IMG/VR virus record: IMGVR_UViG_3300014039_000035
Reading direction: 5' to 3' (one strand)
Origin: an uncultured virus (IMG/VR IMGVR_UViG_3300014039_000035)
Lineage: Duplodnaviria > Heunggongvirae > Uroviricota > Caudoviricetes
DNA length: 64,000 bases
Positions 36,324 to 44,551 of the stretch are shown piece after piece. Position numbers and translations under genes: made by a program. Positions within the stretch are counted from its first letter, which is position 1. Each line of letters begins with the position of its first letter. The notes under the pieces were generated by a model. It ran no database searches. It saw nothing but the letters and a program-made list of their open reading frames with translations, and was not told where the DNA came from.

Positions 36324-36740
36324 CTATCTTTTCACACCGCCAAGTCTATCCGCCCATTTCTCCGTGAAAAAAGAATAATAATCCACGGTCTGGAACTTTT
36401 TGAACGTCGAGTGCATCCACGCCCATGTGATTGACGGTATGCCTATCACAAGGAGGAAGAGCCAGCCGAGGCGCAGCGACTGCCTCGTGTGGCCGTACTC
36501 ATGCTTGTGCGTCTTCTCGATGAACGAGCCTTTGCCGTACTCCCTGTACTTCCAAGGCAGTATAATATACCTCCCGAGGCTGATGCCGCCTTTCATTTTC
36601 TCCGAGTAGAGGACACGGGCATCACCGTAGGGTGATTCCATACAGTAGCAATCAATGCTGTAAATCTGGAAAAGGGTAAACCCCAAGAGGTTCTGCGGAA
36701 GTTCCCACAGATACCTCAAAACTTTAACAAACTTTGTCAT
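36324..36740 (-). CDS. membrane-associated HExxH protein
   Basis: WELPQNLLG, HEYGH..QS, FTEKWAD. Confidence 0.7.
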   Translation of the reverse strand: MTKFVKVLRYLWELPQNLLGFTLFQIYSIDCYCMESPYGDARVLYSEKMKGGISLGRYIILPWKYREYGKGSFIEKTHKHEYGHTRQSLRLGWLFLLVIGIPSITWAWMHSTFKKFQTVDYYSFFTEKWADRLGGVKR

Positions 36741-37183
36741 AATGTGATGTTTAGAAATTGTCTGCGTTGCTTTCCGCCCGGTCCTTTCAGACCGATGTGG
36801 AGCCATCTCGCACCTGTCTTGGTGTTCCGCTCGGTTATGCACTGGTCAAACGCGGTGTCTGTGCGTTTCAGCCAATCCACGGCAAATCTCGTAAAACCGG
36901 CGATGTCGCCGTTCATTGGCTGCAAATCAGCGGCAAAGCCGGTAAGATGCGCCGATGTCGCCGCACCGCCGACAGCCTTGTTCAGAGCGGGACAGCGATA
37001 GCCAGATGTGATTCTTATGCCGCTGCCGTAAGCGTCACGGAGCGGCTGCAATAACTTTTCCGCAAGTTCCTTGACCGCGGACTTGACGGCCAGGTTCGGA
37101 AGACTGTTGTCAATCCCCCTTGCCATGGCCGTGCTCGATTCAGTGAACTCCTCGTAGGAGAAATTTTTTGTTAAGTCAGACAT
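36737..37183 (-). CDS. endolysin, peptidase M15A family
   Basis: NFSYEEF, ITSGYRC..LN.AVGG...SAH..G.AAD, WLH. Confidence 0.92.
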   Translation of the reverse strand: MSDLTKNFSYEEFTESSTAMARGIDNSLPNLAVKSAVKELAEKLLQPLRDAYGSGIRITSGYRCPALNKAVGGAATSAHLTGFAADLQPMNGDIAGFTRFAVDWLKRTDTAFDQCITERNTKTGARWLHIGLKGPGGKQRRQFLNITL

Positions 37184-39656
37184 TGAAATCCTCCAGTCTT
37201 GCAATCATGAACATGACCTGCACCTCGCTAACATAATTGCCTTTCAGGCTCATGGTGTCAACGATGAACGATCCTGTTGATTTTGTATACACCGATGCGC
37301 TTGCTGGATTATCGCTTGTGGTTCGTCCCAACGTGGTGAGCTGCACAAGATAGTTGCTTCCCCATGCTGACGGGATAGTGACCTTGAACGTTCCGTTCGA
37401 TTGCCAAGACACTGATATTTTGTCCGTACTCGTTGCCTTGACCATCTTGTACGTTCCCATTGATGGGGACGTGGACTTGAGGTTCATCGTTCCCATGGCC
37501 AGCACACCGAGAGGCAGCCCGTAGGTAGGAATAAGGCTCTTCCAACCCTCAGATGCACCTCTGCGGAACTTGATGCCGTTGTTCGAGAAGTCGAATCCGT
37601 AGCCACCGTTCTCCATCTTCATCCGCATGCCACCGGAGGCTTGATTATACAACGAAATGTAATTGTCGCTTCTCACGCCAAGGCACAGCCCGTTGGCGAA
37701 GTAACGTGAGACGTAAAACTCCGAGCTGAAGGTCACCCCCGACAGTGCCGTCGGCTGTCCCCATGCCGCGGATGCGGTACTGCCCGGGTTCACTGCGGAC
37801 ATGTTGCATTCTATCGTTATCCTGTGCCATCCCGCCACTGTCTGTGCCTTGCGTCCAGCCCAATCCACTGTTGACGCGCGTTCAACTGCGCTGTCTTGTT
37901 CAAAGGTGACCCCTAACAGTCCATAGGCCAATGTCGCTGTGCCTATTTTGGTTGTGCAGGCCTCATCCGAGTATGTTGTCACTACAAGGTGGACCGCGAC
38001 TGACGCACCGGACAGGGCGATGGGTCCCTCCACGTCTGTGGAAGGCTGCGTCCCGGACTTTGCGGTGAGTGATACTTTTCCCGCCCCCAAAGTTATTTCA
38101 GTCGGGGTTGACGTGTGGAATGGTCCGCACAGATTCACCGTCCTTGAATAGGCTCTGGAGGGGTCGCTGATTGGCCCACCCGAAAGTTCGGGGAACGAAC
38201 CGATACCCATTGACACGCCCGCTGCCTGTCCCCATATATATGCGGTTCTCTCTGATAGTTCTACTTGGCCGGTGGCTGTACCGAACAGAGCCGCTATGTC
38301 CGTGTATTTGTTCCCCTCGAACGTGGATGCCAAAGTACCATCGGCATCGTAGATGTTGATGGACTTGTTGTCCGGGGTTATCTCCACCCTCTGCCCGTTC
38401 TGGATTCCCGCGACGAGCCTGTTCACCGTGAGGCTGTCAATGAACGCTGAGTTGGCGGCTAGATTCTCGACATCGATGAAGTTCGCTTTGATTCTATCAG
38501 CAATCACAAGAGCCGACAGTATCGGGGCCATTGAGTTTATCTGCGCCCAGTATTCCCCGACCGCAAGCGGGATGGGGGTTGGAGAGACTGACAGAATCTC
38601 CACAACCACGTTGTCGTTGTTGGCATCGCCTGATGAATCCTTGGCATAACCTGCATAGAAATAATGCTCACCACGCGTTGGAACGGTTATCTCCACCGTC
38701 TGCGTGTTTGTCCCTGACACCTTGGCAAGATAGTCGCTGGTGCTGTAAGCCTTGTCCAGGCCGCAGACGTAGCCCCAGTCGTAGTTCGCCTCGCTGGACG
38801 CTGTAATCTTCACAGTGATTACCGTGTTGGCCGCGTAGGTAAGGAATTTTATCTTCGCCCACGTGGATTGGACTCCTTTGTTAGACGTGAACGTGTTCCC
38901 GCTCTGTGTCCAACCGCCTTCTGACGAGAACTCTACCGTGTTCCCTGACGTGTGCGTCTTGCGGCAAATGAACGCCTTCGGACGCGTTGTGTCATCGTTA
39001 GGGTCGTACATGCTTAGGGACTCTGTGAGCACCACGTCTATGAAGCCCTGCCCGTTGCTGTCCCGGTAATACGGATTGTTGTCGTTCCGGTACTCCACTC
39101 CAGCCGCCCATTTCGAGTAGCGGTAGGACAGGCCATCTTTCCCGTCCTTCCCATCTGTACCGTTCGTTCCGTCCTTGCCGGGTACCCCTTGGTCTCCCTT
39201 GAACTTGCTCCACGTGTACTTGCTTGGGTCTGTCCCCTCTGTCTGTGTAGTCTGATTGACCGCAATGCCGATGTACTCCGTCGTGGTCTTCGGAGTGTCG
39301 TACATGCTCGTAGGATAGCCGGAAGTACCGAGTGAATCAGCGTACTTTATCCACGTGTAGTAAGTCTTGCCGTCAGCACCCGGCTGCCCCGGAAGGCCGT
39401 CGGCTCCGTCTGTCCCCTTGAATAGAGACCAAGTGTATTCTGCGGCAACGTTGCTCTCAATTGGAGTGGTTTTGTTGTAGGCGAAACCGATATACTTCTT
39501 AAGCTCTCCGCCCACAACAGGGCTATCGCTGATTCCACCGCCTTGCGCGTCATCAGCGTACTTTATCCATGTGTATAGAGACTTCCCGTCCTTGCCGTTC
39601 TCTCCGTCCTTGCCGGGCCGTGCCCTAGTGACCATTTGACTTCCCTGAGCATTCAT
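37176..39656 (-). CDS. tail fibre / host-specificity protein with collagen-like repeats
   Basis: G-X-Y runs and two YTWIKYAD...YTWS.FKG modules. Confidence 0.8.
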   Translation of the reverse strand: MNAQGSQMVTRARPGKDGENGKDGKSLYTWIKYADDAQGGGISDSPVVGGELKKYIGFAYNKTTPIESNVAAEYTWSLFKGTDGADGLPGQPGADGKTYYTWIKYADSLGTSGYPTSMYDTPKTTTEYIGIAVNQTTQTEGTDPSKYTWSKFKGDQGVPGKDGTNGTDGKDGKDGLSYRYSKWAAGVEYRNDNNPYYRDSNGQGFIDVVLTESLSMYDPNDDTTRPKAFICRKTHTSGNTVEFSSEGGWTQSGNTFTSNKGVQSTWAKIKFLTYAANTVITVKITASSEANYDWGYVCGLDKAYSTSDYLAKVSGTNTQTVEITVPTRGEHYFYAGYAKDSSGDANNDNVVVEILSVSPTPIPLAVGEYWAQINSMAPILSALVIADRIKANFIDVENLAANSAFIDSLTVNRLVAGIQNGQRVEITPDNKSINIYDADGTLASTFEGNKYTDIAALFGTATGQVELSERTAYIWGQAAGVSMGIGSFPELSGGPISDPSRAYSRTVNLCGPFHTSTPTEITLGAGKVSLTAKSGTQPSTDVEGPIALSGASVAVHLVVTTYSDEACTTKIGTATLAYGLLGVTFEQDSAVERASTVDWAGRKAQTVAGWHRITIECNMSAVNPGSTASAAWGQPTALSGVTFSSEFYVSRYFANGLCLGVRSDNYISLYNQASGGMRMKMENGGYGFDFSNNGIKFRRGASEGWKSLIPTYGLPLGVLAMGTMNLKSTSPSMGTYKMVKATSTDKISVSWQSNGTFKVTIPSAWGSNYLVQLTTLGRTTSDNPASASVYTKSTGSFIVDTMSLKGNYVSEVQVMFMIARLEDFNV

Positions 39657-39659
39657 ACG

Positions 39660-40043
39660 CTATGCGCTTATCTGTCCAACGGTTGCGGTCGCCACCTCTT
39701 TCGCCTTCGCGCGCCAAGCCTGAAACGCCTCGTATTCGGCTTTGTACTCAGCCCGCTTGTCCTCTGTCAGGGATGAGGTCGAATCCATCGCCTCCTGATA
39801 GTTGGCCATTATGGCTTCCACTTTGTCAGCCGCGTAGCGGTCCCGGACTATCGCGTTCACGATGTCACCGTAATCGGAACTCTCCACGTCCACGTTCTCG
39901 GCTGTCAGAACGGTGACGTCCTCCCCGTCCATGTCCTTCCTCGTCTCCGTTGAATAATCGAAGAAAACCCTTGTGGTCAACCCCTCACGTACCGCCTTCA
40001 CTCCGGAAGGCACCGTTCCGCTGTAATCAAAATAACACTTCAT
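39660..40043 (-). CDS. small tail-associated or DGR-adjacent protein
   Basis: IVRDRY....EAI.AN...EY..FQ.WR..AK. Confidence 0.6.
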   Translation of the reverse strand: MKCYFDYSGTVPSGVKAVREGLTTRVFFDYSTETRKDMDGEDVTVLTAENVDVESSDYGDIVNAIVRDRYAADKVEAIMANYQEAMDSTSSLTEDKRAEYKAEYEAFQAWRAKAKEVATATVGQISA

Positions 40044-40047
40044 AATA

Positions 40048-40659
40048 CTATAAGTCTTGAAATTTATATGTCGATTTGCCTCCTCCGAGGTCCTGTTTCC
40101 TTATCATCACGTTCTCGACGGGGAATATTTTCGTTCCCGCCCGCTCCATTGTCTTGCACTGGTCAAGCACGTCCTTAAGCGACTGTGACCCGGTGATGAA
40201 CTTAACTCTGTCCCCGTCCTTTATCTGGACCATCACAACGTATTTGTCCATGTTCTGCTTCGACCGGTCATGGATGTCCCTTGTTCTGATGTTCGACTCG
40301 AAGTCAAGAACCGTCAGCGGCATATTGATTATGTCGGTCAGAGGTACCTGCTTGACGTCGAATATCCGTTTCCCGTCCCGGTCCCTCTGGCTTATCATCG
40401 TTATGCCTTTGTCAGCGAATCCCATTTTCTTCCCTGTTATTTTTCTCCAAAGGTTCTTGCAGTCCCCGTGCTCGCACCAACCCTTGTAGCTGTCCAGTAT
40501 CTGTCTTTTTCTCTTTCGGCTTTTGACGCGCCCCATCCCCGCTGCGAAGCGTTTCTTTATGCCCTTGCGAAGCCTCACATCCTCCTTCGAGAACACATAT
40601 CCGAGGAAATCGATGCCTCGGCCCGCGTTGACGCTTCCGTCTGTGCCGTTTCTTCTCAT
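40048..40659 (-). CDS. DGR reverse transcriptase part 3 (motif 7 and thumb) fused in frame to an accessory domain with a possible internal ATG at 40425
   Basis: RGIDFLGY, LRK.IK, SY.GW....D..NLW; then MGFADKG...IINMPLTVLDFE. Confidence 0.8.
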   Translation of the reverse strand: MRRNGTDGSVNAGRGIDFLGYVFSKEDVRLRKGIKKRFAAGMGRVKSRKRKRQILDSYKGWCEHGDCKNLWRKITGKKMGFADKGITMISQRDRDGKRIFDVKQVPLTDIINMPLTVLDFESNIRTRDIHDRSKQNMDKYVVMVQIKDGDRVKFITGSQSLKDVLDQCKTMERAGTKIFPVENVMIRKQDLGGGKSTYKFQDL

Positions 40660-40915
40660 AGTGGAGAATCGGTGCGTAGTAACTGTTTGCCTTTACCGTC
40701 ATCCCGCGCTCCTCCGCCAAGCGGTCGTAGGCGTTCAGGAGGAACCTCGCCTCTCCCTTTGTCCTTGCCAGCATGACCATGTCGTCGCAATTCCGCTCCA
40801 GCTTCACCCCGTACCTTTCTGTGAGGATGTGGTCTATCTCCATGTGGGCGAGGTTGCCAATCATCCCGCTTATGTACGCGCCAATTCGCACGCCCCGCCT
40901 TCTTCTCTCTTTCAT
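40412..40915 (-). CDS. DGR reverse transcriptase part 2 (palm motifs 4-6, NCDD)
   Basis: GVRIGAYISGMIGNL...IDH...RNCDDMVM...GMTVK. Confidence 0.8.
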   Translation of the reverse strand: MKERRRRGVRIGAYISGMIGNLAHMEIDHILTERYGVKLERNCDDMVMLARTKGEARFLLNAYDRLAEERGMTVKANSYYAPILHYEKKRHRRKRQRGPRHRFPRICVLEGGCEASQGHKETLRSGDGARQKPKEKKTDTGQLQGLVRARGLQEPLEKNNREENGIR

Positions 40916-41492
40916 CTTCAATCTCCTTTTCAATGTCCTCCCCGCAATAGTAGTCGAGCACGCAGATCTCCATTAGCCGGATGAAACGCTCGTCCTTGAA
41001 ATGATGCCTGAGAACCCTCAGCATATACCCGTGATCCAAACCTTGATAATACTTCTTGCAGTCTGACTTCGCAGTCCACGTGTGGTCCGGATAACGCCTG
41101 AGCAGACGCTTCATGCGCCTAACCCCGTAGAGGTTGCCCCGTCCCTTGATGCAGCTGGAAGTGTCCGCTATCATCTTCCCGTTGATGACCGGCTCTATCA
41201 CCTGCATTATGGCGTGGCTCATTATCTTCCACGGCATATAGTCCTCATCATCGAGACGCCTCATCTTCCCGCTGTCTGCCTTGCGGTTGACCACGCGGCT
41301 GCGATGCTCCGGGAAATCAAGGTTGAGAATCATTCCCCTCAATCTCTCCACGGTCGCGTCAATGTCCGCGTTCACAGCCCGGATGTCGCTCCGTCTTTTC
41401 GCCTTGCCGCCCCTCTGTGAGTTCTTTATGGCAAGACGTAGATTGCCATCATCCGCTATCCGCTCCAAAATAAAACCTTTCTTTTTCGTCAT
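40656..41492 (-). CDS. DGR reverse transcriptase part 1 (motifs 1-3)
   Basis: NL..A...Q.GK, GK.R, HAIMQVIEP, SCIKGRG, KSDCKKYY..LDH. Confidence 0.85.
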   Translation of the reverse strand: MTKKKGFILERIADDGNLRLAIKNSQRGGKAKRRSDIRAVNADIDATVERLRGMILNLDFPEHRSRVVNRKADSGKMRRLDDEDYMPWKIMSHAIMQVIEPVINGKMIADTSSCIKGRGNLYGVRRMKRLLRRYPDHTWTAKSDCKKYYQGLDHGYMLRVLRHHFKDERFIRLMEICVLDYYCGEDIEKEIEDEREKKAGRANWRVHKRDDWQPRPHGDRPHPHRKVRGEAGAELRRHGHAGKDKGRGEVPPERLRPLGGGARDDGKGKQLLRTDSPL

Positions 41493-41707
41493 ACTTTCAT
41501 CAATTATCAAAACCTGCATAGTTTGACTGCCCGGAACGTTCGAGACCTTGCGGCCCTACATTAGCCCCGCTCGCGACCGACACAAAGGGCCGCTCTCCCG
41601 CATTCGAGATGTTCTGACTCTCCGGCGCGACCTGCCACCGGGGTCAAGGCTGAGGGGATTCGCTGCCCCGTAGCTATCGGGGATGACGATGACAGGATTG
41701 TATGTAT

Positions 41708-41813
41708 GACGGGCGCCGTAATTCGAGTTCGTGATCGACCAAGCGTTGTTCGAGTTGACGTAGAACGGACCCGAGTTCGCCCCGTTATTAGCGGAACCAC
41801 CGACGAGACAAAC
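41708..41813 (-). repeat. DGR template repeat (TR)
   Basis: 106-bp ungapped match to the VR, rich in AAC/AAT codons. Confidence 0.95.
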
Positions 41814-41834
41814 TCCAACGACGACACTTATCCC

Positions 41835-41893
41835 CTCCCGCCTACCACAGGCGCGGGAGCGGCTCTGGCCGCTCAAAGCGACCAGCCCGCTCC
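41835..41893 (-). other. two GC-rich hairpins between the target gene and TR
   Basis: GAGCGG-G-CTGGTCGCT-TTG-AGCGGCCAG-AG-CCGCTC and CTCCCG-C-GCCT/AGGC-GGGAG. Confidence 0.55.
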
Positions 41894-41937
41894 ACCGTGG
41901 ATTACGTTTACGAGTATATGCTCTATTCAGCATCATC

Positions 41938-43254
41938 CTAAATGGACCCTCCTCCCACTATTGTCACCGGGCCGTAGAATGCAGGACGGGCGCCGCAAGA
42001 CGAGTCCGCGACCGACCAAGCGTAGCTCGAGGTGACGTAGAACGGACCCGAGGTCGCCCCGTGAGGCGCGGAACCACCGACGAGACAAACCTGTCCTGTA
42101 TCATTGCCCCAAAAGTAATTGCACCAATAGGACGATGAGTCTCCCGACAGCCCAGAAGGGATGAGGTCGAAGTACTCTCCCTTTAGCATCTTTGACACAT
42201 AGCCGGAAGATGCCAGTCTTGTGAGCTTGCGGTAAAGCCCGTTCGGATGCGAAGCCAGCTCGGAGGCTGATGGCATTCTGTTGCCGGTGTAGACGAACAT
42301 TTCCGTGCCGTCCTGCCCCTCGTTGGCTGAGTTGCCGCAGAACAGGCCTTGGATGAAGTTCCACTGGCTGTTCCACCAGTCCTCCACACCGAGCACCGAC
42401 ACATGGCTTGAGTCCGACTTGGCGTCAGAGTCACTTATTGCCACGCTGCCGGTCGCGTCACCGAGACCCTTGGTTCCACCGGTCTTCCTTAGCGTGGTTG
42501 ACGCGAGGAACGCTGTCCAGTCTAATCCCGCTGCGCCTCCGACACCCTGTCCGATGCCGGCCTGAATGTTGGCGTTGCCCCCCGTCTCACAGAGGCACAT
42601 CATCCCTATCCAGCGCATGATGTCATAGTCAACGATGCCCCAGTTCGAGCCGAATGCCTGCGCGGCATTCCAGTATGCGTTGATGGAATACCCACCGGTG
42701 AAAAAGTCAACGCCTGAGCGTGACACAAGCTTGCTGGAGACGATGGAGCCTTGGTAAGCACCAACGACAATCTTCTCTCCGTTGTCTGCCGTGCCTATGA
42801 ACCGCTTGCTTATCGGCTGCTGAGACATCCACAGGTACGGGATGTTCGTCTCGGCATCCACCTGATAGAGATAGTAGAGCTTCGGGGCGATGACCACGAC
42901 GTTGCCCTTTGTCTCATCGAGTGTCGTGCCGTCAGCGAACACCCCTGAGTTGTTCGGGTGCAGCTTGGCCGCCCGTCCGTTGGCGTCCATGAGATACCTC
43001 CCCACCTGCGCCTTGTAGGCGTTGTAGGCGGCTGTGTTGCCTACCATACCCCAAGCCGGTGATGATTGAAGCTCGTCCTTGATTGGGATACCCCAAGCCA
43101 CGGAGTGCAGAAGCTGCGTCTGCCCTGAGTTGACAGCCGCAAGGAACTCCTCCACGGTGATCCTCCGTATGGAACCGCCCACCTCCACGATGAGCGAGTC
43201 CGATTTCAGTAGTGACGCAACAGTTGTGACCGTGCCTAATTCCTGATTTGCCAT
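41938..43254 (-). CDS. DGR target protein, probable receptor-binding tail protein with C-type lectin-fold C-terminus
   Basis: GVEDWWNSQWNF, then GG.A..G...G...GAR carrying the VR. Confidence 0.88.
   Translation of the reverse strand: MANQELGTVTTVASLLKSDSLIVEVGGSIRRITVEEFLAAVNSGQTQLLHSVAWGIPIKDELQSSPAWGMVGNTAAYNAYKAQVGRYLMDANGRAAKLHPNNSGVFADGTTLDETKGNVVVIAPKLYYLYQVDAETNIPYLWMSQQPISKRFIGTADNGEKIVVGAYQGSIVSSKLVSRSGVDFFTGGYSINAYWNAAQAFGSNWGIVDYDIMRWIGMMCLCETGGNANIQAGIGQGVGGAAGLDWTAFLASTTLRKTGGTKGLGDATGSVAISDSDAKSDSSHVSVLGVEDWWNSQWNFIQGLFCGNSANEGQDGTEMFVYTGNRMPSASELASHPNGLYRKLTRLASSGYVSKMLKGEYFDLIPSGLSGDSSSYWCNYFWGNDTGQVCLVGGSAPHGATSGPFYVTSSYAWSVADSSCGARPAFYGPVTIVGGGSI
41985..42090 (-). repeat. 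DGR variable repeat (VR)
   Basis: 14 differences from TR, 13 of them at TR adenines. Confidence 0.95.
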
Positions 43255-43270
43255 ATTCTTGATTTTTGAA

Positions 43271-44341
43271 TTACATTTCCCATTCGACCTCCGACACGAC
43301 CACCACATCCTTCTCCGCCCCGTCTACGTCCGTCTGTGTTGTCGTGACCGTCACAAGGTTGGTAGCTCCCGTGTTCTGCCCCGTGGCCGGGATTCTCAGA
43401 AGCGACTGCCACGTGTCCTTGTCCATGATGTTGGACACCCACTTTGCCCCGGTGATGCCGGTGAGCTCTGTGTTCGTCCGCACGTTAATCACATAGGCCT
43501 CCAGATAGACCGGCTTCCCATCGCTGACCTCCCTGTTCGCCCCGTTGGTGCTCCGGTCTGATGCCGAGACCACGAAGCGGTGCTCCAGATGGTAGTCGTC
43601 AAGGGTGTCGGTTATTCGTATTGCCGCCCTGAACACCGGAGCGGTGTCATCGGCTGACTTGTAGAACTCAGCTATGATGAGCTGTGTCCCGTCCACGTCG
43701 CTGCGCGTGACAGTTATCGTTGCACCGCTCTTGTCGGACCAGAGGGTGTCATCCTTGTACCATTTCACCACATAGCCGGTCTGTTCCGTGCCTCCAAGGT
43801 AGAGTTTGGTCATGACCGCTGTCGACTTCACATTCTCGGTAAGCTGCTCCGAAGTCGCATTGATGGTACCGATATAGGAAGACGAGCCCATCGGCTGGAT
43901 CTGAATGTCAATGCTCTTCGTGAGCTGGTAATCGACACCACCGGATGAAGCGGTGCATGAATATGTCAGAGTGTCGCTTGCCTGATTGTCCTTGCTCGCA
44001 AGGTTGGCGATTATCCTCAAAGCCCCCGTGACGGTGTTCATCTGGAACTTGCCCGTGGAATCCGTCCGCCAATCGCCCGACACCGCACCGTTGAAGTTCA
44101 GCGTGCTGGTGTTGTACTTCCATTGATGAGCTCCGAGAGTCACCGTGTTGACCCTTGCTGATGTCACCTGCGGGGTCAGCACCGGCTGGTTGTCCGGCAC
44201 CGTCCAGTCCGGTGTGGGAGAACCAGTGTCTGGATCCACGGCTTGGAAAAGCGGTTGACTGCTTCCGATGCTGATGAAGAAGGTGTCACCGCTTCTGAGG
44301 CGTTTCACCGTTAGACTGTTCTGCGTGCTGTAGTTGTTCAT
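43271..44341 (-). CDS. tail structural protein (Ig-like, beta-rich)
   Basis: Position in tail module; PDW...QP.L.P, KWYKD. Confidence 0.7.
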   Translation of the reverse strand: MNNYSTQNSLTVKRLRSGDTFFISIGSSQPLFQAVDPDTGSPTPDWTVPDNQPVLTPQVTSARVNTVTLGAHQWKYNTSTLNFNGAVSGDWRTDSTGKFQMNTVTGALRIIANLASKDNQASDTLTYSCTASSGGVDYQLTKSIDIQIQPMGSSSYIGTINATSEQLTENVKSTAVMTKLYLGGTEQTGYVVKWYKDDTLWSDKSGATITVTRSDVDGTQLIIAEFYKSADDTAPVFRAAIRITDTLDDYHLEHRFVVSASDRSTNGANREVSDGKPVYLEAYVINVRTNTELTGITGAKWVSNIMDKDTWQSLLRIPATGQNTGATNLVTVTTTQTDVDGAEKDVVVVSEVEWEM

Positions 44342-44550
44342 GACCAACCTCCTTCTTTAAGGGCCTTCTTTATTCCCTCATCAGAATATACCTTGCCGCC
44401 AAGAGCCTTTGCCTTCTTGGCAGGGGTGTCGCCCGGAACGTCCGGGAGTTCCTTCTCGTTGACTATGACAAGACTACCGTTCGTCCTGTGCCCGAACAGG
44501 CTTATCCCGAAGCCCGCTGCCTTCACTTTGTCCGCTATGATGTAATACAT
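44338..44550 (-). CDS. small tail-module protein
   Basis: 70 aa coupled ORF. Confidence 0.65.
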   Translation of the reverse strand: MYYIIADKVKAAGFGISLFGHRTNGSLVIVNEKELPDVPGDTPAKKAKALGGKVYSDEGIKKALKEGGWS

Positions 44551-44551
44551 A

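Noticed and set aside
37176..37500. Second DGR variable repeat in the collagen-like tail fibre
   Set aside because: No similarity to the TR found by eye
40923..40928. AAGGAG as proof of independent initiation of RT part 2
   Set aside because: The 7-nt spacing is good, but Bacteroidetes generally do not use Shine-Dalgarno pairing and the region is purine-rich, so it is weak evidence
41556..41936. 126-aa ORF resembling the target protein C-terminus
   Set aside because: It is the DGR template repeat plus flanking structured RNA read in frame, and there is no evidence it is a separate gene
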